Shown here in pieces: positions 26,330 through 39,732 of a stretch of DNA of 64,000 bases (its first letter is position 1; every line of letters begins with the position of its first letter). Made by a program: the position numbers and the translations under genes. A model generated the notes under the pieces. The model did not search any database, was not told the origin of the DNA, and saw nothing but the letters and a program-made list of their open reading frames with translations. This DNA is from Octopus sinensis (Eukaryota): assembly GCF_006345805.1 (NCBI RefSeq), contig NW_021836303.1, positions 1 through 64,000 of the forward strand, in the 5' to 3' direction.

Positions 26330-27160
26330 TTAATTTGAACGAATTGGTGGTCAGCATTGTTGACAGGAATAATAGATCCTATCCGATGATAGGTTTGACC
26401 CTGAATTTTGAACGTTGGCGTATATTAGTCTTCACGAATAGGTTTGTGACAGAAACTTGTCATCTGTAAGGCAGAGTTATAAGCGTGAAATTTCTATATA
26501 AAGTGCTGCGAATCAGAGTGTTGACCAACGAGTAAAGAGAGAAAAGGCTGAGGAGTGTTTTGCAGGTCAGGCAAGCGACCTTTCCGTTTGAGTAGCATAG
26601 GCCACTGGATTCTCCAACCAACTTGTGGGCCTTGCAAAATGGACATATTACAGATATATCCCCTCTAACAATCTTTCGATGAGTGGCGTAATCCTCAGTA
26701 GGATCATAGTTGAGCGCCTCTGATGCCCATCGACTATTCGATGACTTCCAATAGCCATTGACAAGAGCCTTCCGGTGAAAATTAGACTGAAGTCTCATCA
26801 TCCGATGGTTATCGTTATCTGCCAACCTCGCAGCAGGAGTGGATGCAGCGTTGCATGCCTGACAGATAGCACTCTCTTCTGGGGCTTCTTCGGCCCTCAT
26901 AGCAGAAGTGGATGCAGCGTTGCGTGCCTGACAGATAACACACTTTTGTGGGGTTTCTCTTGCCCTTGCGGCAGCAGCACACACTCGATAGGTTTCACGC
27001 TGCTCAGGAGTAGCTGAAGCTCTAGCAGCGGCAGCTCTTTTCAACAGCCTACAAAACCTCTGGTCCTCAGTTTCCTCAGCCTGCCAGCGCTGCTGCCTTG
27101 CCACTGCAGAAGACTTTCTGTCAATGCTTGCTCTCTTTTTAGTTGACTTGCTTGTATTAT
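26330..27160 (-). pseudogene. Helitron N-terminal region (Ala/Arg-rich helix + Zn-finger-like)
   Basis: ORF 26460-27104 extends upstream in frame to a tttttcttttacag| acceptor at 27161-27162. Confidence 0.8.
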
Positions 27161-27630
27161 CTGTAAAAGAAAAATACGTTTTAATGTACCAAGTGATTAT
27201 CGATTTTATTATAAGCTAATATAGCCTGCGCATAAACTAACATCGAATTCCTCATAAAGTTATATTGGTATGGATCTTTCTGAAAGATACGTATAGCTTT
27301 CGGTAGTGGAAGCAAAACTATTTTTTAAAGGTTGATTCTTTGGGACAAATCATATGTGATTGTTTAACAAAGGCTAGACGACAATGCTAAAAATTATTTG
27401 TAATAATGGACAGCAATCGAAATATCATAATGGATGGGGAAATAAGCATCCTTAAAGTGAAACAACGGTATCAAAGGTAAAGAGAGGTATCAACGAACAG
27501 AAGAGGGAAGGGAACATCACCTTTCTAGTATATTAGAATAGGTAAAGTTAAGCTTGCCACAGTTTAATGCAGTTTAAATATCGAGATTCAGACTAGTACT
27601 CCTAGTCAATTTAATCACCGTCGCAGGTGG

Positions 27631-28080
27631 ACAGTCGAAATAAATAAATAGACAAAATTCTTTCATTTTTTATAATATTCTCTAACCAAAACACTCAAGC
27701 AATACACACCAGTACACATATAAAATATCTAGAAAGTAATAATACACAATTACAACTTATAAATAAATAATAAATTAAAAGAATGTGAAAACAACTAAAT
27801 ATATATTCTGTATTGCAAATATACGACCATATAGATTTTAAAAGTATGGAGAACAGTCGAAATAAATAAATAGATAAAATTCTTTCACTTTTATAATATT
27901 CTCTAACCAAAACACTCAAAGAATAAACATCAATACACATATAAAAAATATAAAAAAGTAATAATACACAATTACAACATATAAATAAATAAAGAATTTA
28001 AAGTATGTGAAAACCCCTAAAAATATTCTTTAATGCCAATATACAACCATGTAGAGTAAAAAACTGTAGAAGGCCCTACT
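27631..28080. repeat. Two ~221-bp diverged tandem repeats in the Helitron 5' region
   Basis: acagtcgaaataaataaataga.aaaattctttca...ctctaaccaaaacactcaa at ~27631 and ~27853. Confidence 0.85.
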
Positions 28081-28311
28081 TACAAAGAAAAACCATGTAC
28101 ATACAACGAATTAGAGAAAAACTCCATTTTTCCAGGTTTGTCAATTTACGCGGGAGCTCTGGTCAAAATGTTAAAATGTATGACCATCCTTAGGACATAA
28201 GTGACGGGTGTAAAGTTTGGTGAAAATCAGTTGAGAATTGTTGAAATGTCAGCGTTAATCAATGTACACGCACACACATACTGTGATTTATATGTACTAA
28301 GTGACACAAAA

Positions 28312-30320
28312 GCGATGAGCTGCCGGAATCGTTAGCACGCTGAGGGAAATGCTTAGCAGAATTTCGTCTGTCGCTTCGTTCTGAGTTCAAATTCCGCCGA
28401 GGTTGACTTTGTCTTTCATCCTTCAGAGGTCGATAAAATAAGTGCCAGTTGAACACTAGGGTCGATGTAATCGACTCATCCCCTCCCCTAAAGTTGCTAC
28501 CCTTGTGGAAAAATTTGAAACCATTATTATTATTATTATTATTAATATTATTATTATTATTATTATTATTGTAGGTGGCGACATGATAGAATTGTTACTG
28601 CGCCAGACAAAATGCTTAGAGGCATTTCAACTGCGTCCATCCATCATCCTTCCGCGGTCGGAAGGGGCTAAACACAGAGAGGACAAACAAGGACAAACAA
28701 ACGGATTAAGTCGATTAGATCGACCCCAGTGCGTAACTGGTACTTAATTTATCGACCCCGAGAGGATGAAAGGCAAAGTCGACCTCGACAGAATTTGGAC
28801 TCAGAACGTAACGGCAGACGAAATACGGCTGCGCATTTCGCCCGGCGTGCTAACGATTCTGCCAGCTCGCCGCCTTTCGATAAAATAAGTACCAGTTGAG
28901 TACTGGGGTCGATGTGGTCGACTCTTTCCATCCTCCTAATTTCAGGTATTTTGCTTATAGTAGAAAGGTCTATTATTGTATGCGGTGACCAGGTAGAATC
29001 GTTACCAAGCCAGACCAAATTCTTAGAGGCATTTCGACCGTCTCCACGTCCTAAGTTCACATGCCGCCGATGTCAACTTTACGTTTCATTGATTCGGTGT
29101 CGATGCAATAATATATACCCCTCAAGTACTCAGTACTACGCAAAATTTCGTAGTATTGTGCGAGCTGGCAGAAACGTTAGCACGCCGGGCGAAATGCGTA
29201 GCCGTACTTCGTCTGCCGCTACGTTCTGAGTTCAAATTCCGCCGAGGTTGACTTTGCCTTTCATCCTTTCGGGGTCGATAAATTAAGTACCAGTTATGAA
29301 CTGGGGTCGATGTAATCGACTTAATCCGTTTGTCTGTCCTTGTTTGTCCCCTCTGTGTTTAGCCCCTTGTGGGTAGTAAAGAAATAAATATTTCGTAGTA
29401 TTGTGCCCGCAGTCTGAGCGACAAGAATGAGACAAGAACACTTGCCCTAGCGGTCAGAGTTACCGGGGAGTATGTTGGATTTCTAAGAGCAGCCCTCGGA
29501 AGTCTCCCTAAATTTGGAGAGTGTTTATTGTTTCAATTTTTCTGATTTTAATTTTTGATATATTTTTTCCTGCATACATACCTTCTTGTCACCGTGCGTC
29601 TTATATAGTATTGTGCGGTCCTGCGCCGTTCTTCATCCGTTTCTAATCCCGTGGAGTTGTTGTTGTCGCTGCTGCTGTTCTTCTTATTATTATTACTATC
29701 ATTAAGGTGGAGTCGCAATGGCCCAGTGGTTAGGGCAGCGAACTCGCGGTCATAGGATCGCGGTTTCGATTCCCAGACCGGGCGTTGTGAGTGTTTATTG
29801 AGCGAAAACACCTAAGAAAGCTCCACGAGACTCTGGCAGGAGATGGTGGTGATCCCTGCTGTACTCTTTCACCACAACTTTCTCTCACTCTTACTTCCTG
29901 TTTCTGTTGTACCTGTATTTCAAAGGGCCGGCCTTGTCACTCACTGTGTCACGCTGAATATCCCCGAGAACTACGTTAAGGGTGCACCTGTCTGTGGAGT
30001 GCTCAGCCACTTACACGTTAATTTCACGAGCAGGCTGTTCCGTTGATTCGGATCAACCGGAACCCTCATCGTCGCAACCGACGGAGTGCTTCCTTTCCAC
30101 TATCATTAAGGCGGCGAACTGGCAGAATCATTAACACACCGGGCAAAATACTAAGCGGCATTTCTTCCTACTTGTCGTTCTGAGTTCAAATTCCGCCGAC
30201 GTCGAGTTTGCCTTTCATCCTTTTTGAGTTGATAAAATAAATACCAGTCAAACACTGGGGTCAATGTAATCGACTAGCCTCGTCCCCCAAAATTTCACGC
30301 CCTGTGCCTATCGTAGAAAG
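28312..30320. mobile_element. SINE cluster (family A at 28312+, 28660-28875-, 29160-29388+, 30108+; OK-like at 29708-30098+)
   Basis: The OK-like copy has TSD actatcattaagg (29695-29707, 30099-30111); the 29160 copy has TSD atttcgtagtattgtgc. Confidence 0.85.
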
Positions 30321-30339
30321 GATCATTATTATTATTATT

Positions 30340-30520
30340 GAGTGAGAGAGCAGTGCATGCCATCAAAGTGACACTGGGATAAAATATACAATGCCCAGTA
30401 TGCCCATCATGACTACCCTTCTGATAAGGGTACACCAGGCACATGCATCACAACCATATGTGCGCGACATGACGGTCTCATATCAAGATAAACAGCACAT
30501 GACCTTGCAGTTGGGGCACC
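30340..30520 (-). mobile_element. Probable retroposon 3' fragment ending in (AAT)n
   Basis: The minus strand ends gcactgctctctcactc-aataataat; recalled as a common octopus repeat, not verifiable within the window. Confidence 0.45.
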
Positions 30521-30680
30521 GTTAGAATTATCGTCGACCTCCATTTTGCATTACATCGTGTCGCGGTCGATAAAATAAGTACCAGTGAAGTACTTAATCG
30601 ACTAACATCTCCCCGTCCACCTAAATATCAGGCCTTGTTCTAATAGAAATAAAAGACGCCATGATAGATCGTTAGCCACT

Positions 30681-30845
30681 ACACACATTTTTTCTCTCCT
30701 TGTTGTCTGTGTCCCTTTCTGTAGAAGAGCGTAGGCTCGAAACGTAAAAGACTTTTTCTATTCCTGAGCGTTATACTAATACATCTGTTTGTTTTGTACA
30801 CCACCTGTCTTCATCTTTTTTTTTTTTTTCGTAAACTCTCCCTAT
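30681..30845 (+). mobile_element. Family-B short element with minimal hammerhead-like motif (30715-30750)
   Basis: cttt-CTGTAGA-a-gagc(gtag)gctc-GAAA-cg-TA-aaag; near-identical to 56803-56974. Confidence 0.75.
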
Positions 30846-31717
30846 AAAAATTATTATTGTGTCTCTTTTCATCAACCTTGAAAGGGTGAAAGACAAAGTC
30901 GGCTTCGGTGGAATCTGAATTCAATCCGTCTACACTTTCCGAGTTCAAATTCCGCCGAGGTCGACTTTGCCCTTCATTCATTGAGGGTCGATAAAATAAG
31001 TACCAGTTGAGGACTAGGGTTGATGTAATCAATTCTACCCCTGCCCCAAATTTCAGGCCTCGTTCTTTCAGTAGAAAGGATTATTGCGTCTCTTTAATGG
31101 TTATGTATTATTATACTTCGTTTCACCCTTTTTACTTCGAGTCAATGCCCTCTCTCTTCACTCACCATTGTTTATGAATTTCGTCCACCTTATATTATTT
31201 CTAACGTATTCCTTCCCGCTGGCGAATACACCAAATCATTATTATTGTTAACATTTAATAATATTTACCATAACTATTCGATCAATTGAATGCGTTGTCT
31301 TATATGAAAAACAATTCCATGATCGGAATAATGAGTCGAAGAAGCATTCAGCGGTCAAAGACCCCAGAGAAATGACGAAGCGGTGTCAGCTTGACTGTTG
31401 ATGATGAGGTTGGCGCAATGGTGTGACGTGGGGCTTCACGTGATGGGAAAGAGTGCAGGTGTGAATAAGAACTTGGTTTCCAATTGAAATTTATTCACAT
31501 CTTGTCCAATCAGATTCAATCCAGTGTATAAATAAAAAAAAAAAGAGAAAGAAAAAGTGAGATAGTGCGTGCCCATTGCATGTTTTATATACGCTACTTT
31601 TCTTTATCTTTTTCTTCATACATTATAGCAAATGAAACTACGACTTATTATCCAATCGCATCGCACCTAACCTAGAAATCGACCAATGGCCTGCAAGATT
31701 CGGGTATAAATTTGCAT

Positions 31718-31785
<68 letters not shown>

Positions 31786-32034
31786 GTATGTATATATATA
31801 TATATATGTGTATATGTATGTATGTACATATGTATGTATATATATGTGTGTGCGTAAATATATGTATGTATACACATACATATCGTGACTATGTGTGTAC
31901 CCTTGTGAGTCTGCAAGGGCGCATGTGTAAGAGAACGTGTTTATATACCTGTATGTATATGAAACCAGGTAAACAAAATCAAAATGTGCTTAACAAAAAC
32001 CCACTCACAAACATACATAACAAATGCTTGTATA

Positions 32035-32075
<41 letters not shown>

Positions 32076-32335
32076 AAAATTATATGTATAGATGTACGTA
32101 TAGGCGCGCGCGTGTATTTGGATGTTTGGGTGTTTGGGTGTTGGTGTGGTGGGAGTGTGTGTGTGTGTGTGTATTTCTTCATTACAGGAATGTAATAGGG
32201 AAGGTTTCGTAATTAATCATTGTTTACAGTAAATCCCAATTTAAAAATAACAACAACAACAACAACAACACCAGTAGTAGGAGTTGGAGCTTAGCTGAAG
32301 TGCAAGCACGACACAAACATGAACATTAATCACAG

Positions 32336-32339
<4 letters not shown>

Positions 32340-32366
<27 letters not shown>

Positions 32367-33397
32367 AGCAGCAGCAGCAACAACAACAACAACAACAACA
32401 ACACTAATCCTTTATACTAAAAGTGCGAGGCCTGAAATTTTGGGGAGAGTGGGTAAGCCGATTATATCGAACTCCAGTACGCAACTGGTACTGAATTTTA
32501 ACGACCACCGTAAAGATAAAAGGCCAAAGTCGACCTTGGTGGAATTTGAACTCAGAACGTAAGGACGGGCGAAATGCTGCTAAGCATTTAAAATTGGTGG
32601 GGAGTAGGGTTCTAGTCGATTACCTTGACGACCTCAGGGTTTCACTGGTACTTAATTTATCGACCCGACCCCGAAAGGATGAAAGCAAAATCGACCTCGG
32701 TAGAATTTGAACTCAGAACGTAAAGACGGACGGAATTCTGCTAAGCATTGAAAGTGGTGGGGAGTGGGGTCTTGTTGATTACATCGACCTCAGGGTTTCA
32801 CTGGTAATTAAATAATTTATCGACCACGAAAGGATGAAAGACAAAGTCGACCACGGCAGCATTTGAACTCAGAACTTAGCGACGGGTTTAAATTACCTAT
32901 TTGCTTATTACCCACAAGGGGCTAAACACAGAGGGGACAAACAAGGACAGACATAGGTATTAAGTCGATTACATCGACCCCAGTGCCTAACTGGTACTTA
33001 ATTTATCGACCCCGAAAGGATGAAAGGCAAAGTCGACCTCGGCGGAATTTGAACTCACAACGTAACGCAGACGAAATACCGCTAAGCATTTCGTCCAGCG
33101 TGCTAACGATTCTGCCACCTCACCAGCTTAGTAACAACAACAACAACAACAACAACAACAATAATGGTAAAGCATGCTTTCTAAATAAAGTACAAGATGG
33201 TTATAGCAACAATAACAACTACAACAATAATAATCATAAACACAACAACAACAACAATATAACAATAATAGCTAAGAGTAATGACTCTCAACGTTGGGTA
33301 AATTTTAAGGCCTAGATAAAATTTTAAGAAGCTATCTCGATAACAGAAATAGCAAGAATAACTGAAGCCGCTGCTGCTGCAGCTGCCATTACTACTG

Positions 33398-33441
<44 letters not shown>

Positions 33442-34650
33442 GGAGCATCAAGATTTGACAATAATGTGAAGAAGGTGAAAAGCAATGTGAGAAAGAAACA
33501 ATTGAGATAGGTTTGCCACCACCGCTCCCCCCCCCCGAAAAAAGGGCCCCCACACACAAAAAAATTTAAGTAATTGAGTGGCGATATCAGGAACAACAAC
33601 ACAACAACAACAACAACAACAATAGCAGCAGCAGCAACAACAACAACAACAACAACAACACTAATCCTTTATACTAAAAGTGCGAGGCCTGAAATTTTGG
33701 GGAGAGTGGGTAAGCCGATTATATCGAACTCCAGTACGCAACTGGTACTGAATTTTAACGACCACCGTAAAGATAAAAGGCCAAAGTCGACCTTGGTGGA
33801 ATTTGAACTCAGAACGTAAGGACGGGCGAAATGCTGCTAAGCATTTAAAATTGGTGGGGAGTAGGGTTCTAGTCGATTACCTTGACGACCTCAGGGTTTC
33901 ACTGGTACTTAATTTATCGACCCCGAAAGGATGAAAAGCAAAATCGACCTCGGTAGAATTTGAACTCAGAACGTAAAGACGGACGGAATTCTGCTAAGCA
34001 TTGAAAGTGGTGGGGAGTGGGGTCTTGTTGATTACATCGACCTCAGGGTTTCACTGGTAATTAAATAATTTATCGACCACGAAAGGATGAAAGACAAAGT
34101 CGACCACGGCAGCATTTGAACTCAGAACTTAGCGACGGGTTTAAATTACCTATTTGCTTATTACCCACAAGGGGCTAAACACAGAGGGGACAAACAAGGA
34201 CAGACATAGGTATTAAGTCGATTACATCGACCCCAGTGCCTAACTGGTACTTAATTTATCGACCCCGAAAGGATGAAAGGCAAAGTCGACCTCGGCGGAA
34301 TTTGAACTCACAACGTAACGCAGACGAAATACCGCTAAGCATTTCGTCCAGCGTGCTAACGATTCTGCCACCTCACCAGCTTAGTAACAACAACAACAAC
34401 AACAACAACAACAATAATGGTAAAGCATGCTTTCTAAATAAAGTACAAGATGGTTATAGCAACAATAACAACTACAACAATAATAATCATAAACACAACA
34501 ACAACAACAATATAACAATAATAGCTAAGAGTAATGACTCTCAACGTTGGGTAAATTTTAAGGCCTAGATAAAATTTTAAGAAGCTATCTCGATAACAGA
34601 AATAGCAAGAATAACTGAAGCCGCTGCTGCTGCAGCTGCCATTACTACTG

Positions 34651-34694
<44 letters not shown>

Positions 34695-34845
34695 GGAGCA
34701 TCAAGATTTGACAATAATGTGAAGAAGGTGAAAAGCAATGTGAGAAAGAAACAATTGAGATAGGTTTGCCACCACCGCTCCCCCCCCCCGAAAAAAGGGC
34801 CCCCACACACAAAAAAATTTAAGTAATTGAGTGGCGATATCAGGA
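32340..34845. repeat. 1253-bp near-perfect tandem duplication containing family A SINE multimers
   Basis: ORF 32983-33315 is identical to 34236-34568; the shared flanks keep a ~1253-bp offset. Confidence 0.92.
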
Positions 34846-35269
34846 ACAACAACAACAACAACAACAACAGCAACAACATCAAGATCATCACTACTGACGA
34901 TAACGAAAGGGAGGAAAGTAAAAAAAAAATAACACTACAAACAAACAAAAAAAAAAGAATGTTTTGATAACCAATGAGCAGCAAACAAAAACAGCAACAA
35001 ACAAAATCTCTTGTGGCGATAATGACAACAACAACAGCAGCAGCTGCGAGAAGAACAACAATGACCCCGTTGTTGCTGCCACCGTCGTAGTGGCCACCAG
35101 CACCGAAACCCGCGACCCACGAAAACAACGACATTGACAATAAGTTCAATAGAATCAGGCAACGGCAACGACCTCATCGTTATCTATGACGTCACTCATT
35201 AAGATTTCCCTTGAATTGTCGCTGGTTAAATTGTGGTAAATTTGTAGGGATTTGATTACTCTTTACTCT

Positions 35270-35672
35270 TTACTCTTTTACTTGTTTCAGTCATTTGACT
35301 GCGGCAATGATGGAGCACCGCCTTTAGTCGAGCAAATCGACCCCGGGACTTATTCTTTGTAAGCCCAGTACTTATTCTATCGGTCTCTCTTGCCGAACCG
35401 CTAAGTGACGGGGACGTAAACACACCAGCATCGGTTGTCAAGCAATGCTAGGGGGACAAACACAGACACGCAAACACACACACTTATATATATATATATA
35501 TACATATACACGACAGGCTTCTTTCAGTTTCCGTCTACCAAATCCACTCTCAAGGCATTGGTCGGCCCGGGGCTATAGCAGAAGACACTTTCCCAAGATA
35601 CCATGCAGTGGGACTGAACCCGGAATCATGTGGTTGGTTAGCAAGCTACTTACCACACAGCCACTCCTGCGC
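35270..35672 (-). mobile_element. Family D SINE, full length
   Basis: Reverse complement colinear with 61566-61960. Confidence 0.88.
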
Positions 35673-35849
35673 CTATGATTGCTGGTATTCATTTATTAGC
35701 AGTCTTACGGAATGATTAAAAACAGCAAGAAAAAAAAAAGCAAGGCGACTTCTGGCTGTATTTGAACTTGGGACATAACAGATGGCTAGTAAACACGGCA
35801 CAGAGTATTGATTCACGTTTTACTATTAATAACGATAAAAGTCTCTCTT

Positions 35850-36144
35850 TTCTAGCCTAACCAGGCTCATGGGCCCGGTTTCCCGGTTTCTGTGGGGTAT
35901 ATGTTCCACCAGCTGGACAGAACGCCAATCCATCGCAGCGTTACTCAAGAGACAGGAAGGGAGAGTGAGAGAAAGTTGTGGCGAAAGAGTACAACAAGGG
36001 CCACCGCCACTCCCTACCAAAGCCTCATGAAGCTTTTAGGTGTTTTCGCTCAATAAACACACAGAATGCCCGGTCTGGGCATTGAAACCGCGATCCTCCG
36101 ACCGCGAGTCTGCTGCTCTAACCACTGGGCCATTGCGCCTCCAC
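35850..36144 (-). mobile_element. OK-like SINE, tail type 3
   Basis: OK head with a gaaaccgggaaaccgggcccatgag tail. Confidence 0.8.
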
Positions 36145-36167
36145 TTTTGCTATTAATAATCATTCAT

Positions 36168-36650
36168 TAAGGCGGCGACGTAGCTGAATCGTTAGCAGGC
36201 CGGGCGAAATGCTTAGCAGTATTTCGTCAGCCGTTATGTTCTGAGTTCCAATTGTGTCGAGGTCGACTTTGCTTTTCCTCCTTTCGGGTGTCGATAAATT
36301 AAGTACCAGTTGCGTACTAGGGTGAATCTAATCGACTGGACCCCATCCCACCAAATTTCAGGCCTTGAGCCTTGAGTAGAAAGGATTATTTATCATTGAT
36401 TGACTTCATTAAAAACATTAACATGAAATAACCTTCGCAATGACAAGAAGAGGAGCGACAATATACATAATAATAATCTTTTTTACTATATGCACAAGGC
36501 CTGAAATTTTGGAGAGTATGGGTGTAATGTGTTATATCTACCCCCAGTGCTCAACTGGTGCTTATTTTATCGATCCAGAAAGGATGAAAAGCAAAGTCGA
36601 CCTTGGCGGAATTTGAACTCTGAACGTAACGGCTGACGAAATACCGCTAG
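36168..36650. mobile_element. Two family A SINEs (36168-36390 +, 36490-36650 -)
   Basis: Match to family A. Confidence 0.8.
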
Positions 36651-36685
36651 CGATTCAGAGAAGCTCACCGCTTTTAAGAACCCAC

Positions 36686-37345
36686 AGAATAACAACAAGA
36701 ACAATAGCAAAAAAGAAGAATAAAAAAAAAACCTTTGAAGGCTTCTGAGTGAGGTCAAGCTACCAGAGGAGAAAACAAAAGAGCTCATTGGTTATCAAAA
36801 CATTTTTTTTTTAAAGGAAAAAACGGAAAGGATAAAGAGCTCCAATAATCATGGAGGTCTTGGAGTTTCGTGGACATAAAAAAAAAAAAAAAATGGAGTG
36901 GTCACGATTGGAATGTTTTTGAAAACAGAAATGCTTCGTCAGGTTAGGTCTGGTGTTAAAAAAAGCAACAAAAACAGCAATTACGAACGGCAAGAGCAGC
37001 AACAACCCCCAGAATAACAACAAGAACAATAGCAAAAAAGAAAAGAAAAGAGCTTTGAAGGCTTCTGAGTGTGGCCAAGCTACCGGAGGAGAAAACAAAA
37101 CAGCCAAATATCCCTCAAGTCGCACGTTCGGTTTTTTTTTTTTTTAAAAGGAAAAAAACGGAAAGGATAAAGAGCTCCAATAATCATGGAGGTCTTGGAG
37201 TTTCGTGGACATAAAAAAAAAAAAAAATGGAGTGGTCACGATTGGAATGTTTTTGAAAACAGAAATGCTTCGTCAGGTTAGGTCTGGTGTTAAAAAAGCA
37301 ACAAAAACAGCAATTACGAACGGCAAGAGCAGCAACAACCACAAG
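36686..37345. repeat. ~326-bp tandem duplication
   Basis: cagaataacaacaagaacaatagc...cttcgtcaggttaggtctggtg occurs twice. Confidence 0.9.
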
Positions 37346-37429
37346 AATAACAACAAACAGAATTAATATATTGGATTACCTAAATTTAATGTAGAGGTTT
37401 AGTTAATATTAGTTAGTATTCGGGATGGG

Positions 37430-38325
37430 TGGTAATGGTTGTGATGGCGGTGGTGGTGGTGGTGGAGGTGGTGGTGGTGGTGGTGTTGGTGGTGGTGGTG
37501 GAGGTGGTGGTGGTGGTGGTGGTGGTGGTAGTGGTGACAATGGGGTGGTGGAGAAAGTAATGGGTGTGGGGTGAGTGGAGTTAGTGGCGGCGAAAGTAGC
37601 AGATGGTAATGGTAGTGGTGATGGTGGTGGTGGCGGTGGTGGTGGTGGTGATTGTGGTGGTGGAGAAGAAGTAGTTGTAGAAGTAGTAGTAGTAGTAGTA
37701 GTATTAGCAGTAGTAGTGGTGGTGGTGGTGGTAGTGGTGACAATGAGGTGGTGGCGAAAGTGGCGGTAGTGTTAGTGGCGGCGAAAGTAGCAGATGATAA
37801 TGGTAGTGGTGGGAGAAAAAGTAGTTGTAGTAGTAGTAGTATTAGTATTAGTAGTAGTAGTAGTGGTAGTGGCAGTGATGGTGATGGTGGTGTTAACATG
37901 AATGATACCAATGACGACGGTAGTTTCGATGATGATGATGATGATGTTCATAATGGCAGCGGGCGGTAACGATAATGAAGATGATGACAATGATAATGAT
38001 GGTAATGACGATGACGATGGTGATGGTGGTGATGGTGAGTATGGCGACGATGATGATGACAATGATGATGATGGTGACGATCTTCAAATGATGAAGAGGA
38101 AAACGATGACGATGAATGAAGATGAAGATGACGATGACAATGACAACGATGATGCTGACGATGACAATGTCGATGACGATGACGAATTTGATGGAGGAAA
38201 AAATAGTAATTCTGGCAATAATATAGAAGTAGCAGCAGCAGCAGCAGCAGCCGAAGCAGCAGCAGCCGCAGCAGCAGCAGCCGCAGCAGCAGCAGCCGCA
38301 GCAGCAGCAGCCGCAGCAGCAGCAA

Positions 38326-38362
<37 letters not shown>

Positions 38363-38430
38363 TGTAGTAGTAGTAGTACAAGTAGAAGTAGAAGTAGTAT
38401 TAGTAGTAGCAGCATCAGTGGCAGAAGTAT

Positions 38431-38471
<41 letters not shown>

Positions 38472-38494
38472 GTAGTAGTAGCAGCAGCAGTGGC

Positions 38495-38532
<38 letters not shown>

Positions 38533-38623
38533 CAGTAGTAGTAGTAGTAGTAGTGGCAGCTGCAGCAGCAGTAGTAATAGCTTTAGTACTGGCAGAAGTA
38601 GTATTAGCAGTAGTAGTAGTATT

Positions 38624-38700
<77 letters not shown>

Positions 38701-38779
38701 CAGTAGTAGTGGCAGCTGCAGCAGCAGTAGTAATAGCTTTAGTACTGGCAGAAGTAGTATTAGCAGTAGTAGTAGTATT

Positions 38780-38837
<58 letters not shown>

Positions 38838-38950
38838 ATGAATGGTGACTGAAAAATTTGCTGCCAAAGCAGTTGGAAGCTGCTAAAACAGCAGTCCCTG
38901 TACTAACAAATGTTATTAGCAGTAACAACAGCAATAGCAGAAGCAGCAGC

Positions 38951-38982
<32 letters not shown>

Positions 38983-39176
38983 GAGGAGGAGGAGTGGTAT
39001 GAATGGCAGCTTCAACAGTAGTACTTGTAGTAAAAGTAGTAGCAGCATCGGTGGTATCTCGCAGCAGTAGTAGAATACACGGCAGCCGCTTCAGGAGCAG
39101 CAGTAGTGGAGCAATCACAGCAGACGATGCAGCAGTATTCGCAGTAGCAGAGTTAGTAGCGGTGGGAGTAGTTGCG

Positions 39177-39212
<36 letters not shown>

Positions 39213-39454
39213 ATAGTAACAGTATCAGCAGCAGTGGTAAAGGCTGCAGCGGCAGAAGCAGTAGTACTAACAGCAGCAGCAGCAGTAGTTGCAGCAGCAC
39301 AAATGGCAGCATTTGCAGTAGCAGCCAGTGGTATAAGCAGCAGCAGTAGTAGTAGCGGTAGTAGTAGTAGTAGCAGTAGTAGTTGTAGTAGTAGTAGTAG
39401 CGGTAGCAGTAGCAGTAATAGTAGTAGCAGCAGCAGCAGTAGCAGTAGTGGTAA

Positions 39455-39494
<40 letters not shown>

Positions 39495-39674
39495 TGTAGT
39501 AGTAGTAGTAGTAGTAGCGGCAGTGGCTGTACTAGGTTTAGTAGTAGTAATAGTAGCAGCAGTAGTAGTAGTAGTAGTAGTTAGTAGTAGTAGTAGTAGT
39601 AGAGTGGCAGCTGCAGCAGCAGTAGTAATAGCTTTAGTACTGGCAGAAGTAGTATTAGCAGTAGTAGTAGTATT

Positions 39675-39732
<58 letters not shown>

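Larger units (their letters stand above)
22899..28297 (-). mobile_element. Degenerate Helitron (Rep/PIF1 helicase), 3' end lost
   Basis: 5' end tacatataaa...gtgtgtgcgtg...caactgattttcaccaaactttacac resembles the 5' end of the 60912 Helitron. Coding remnants: CPFCKA...LCYSNGKV, PTFKIQGQTYHRIGS, ALQYPL, FYAYRLMVR, ASAGTGKT, LLDGGRTAH, IVWDEA, CPVILLYNL, LCNGTRL, FPIKQSFAMT. Confidence 0.92.

Noticed and set aside
31400-31715. E-box, CCAAT and TATA-like motifs
   Set aside because: Short motifs expected by chance; no linked gene.
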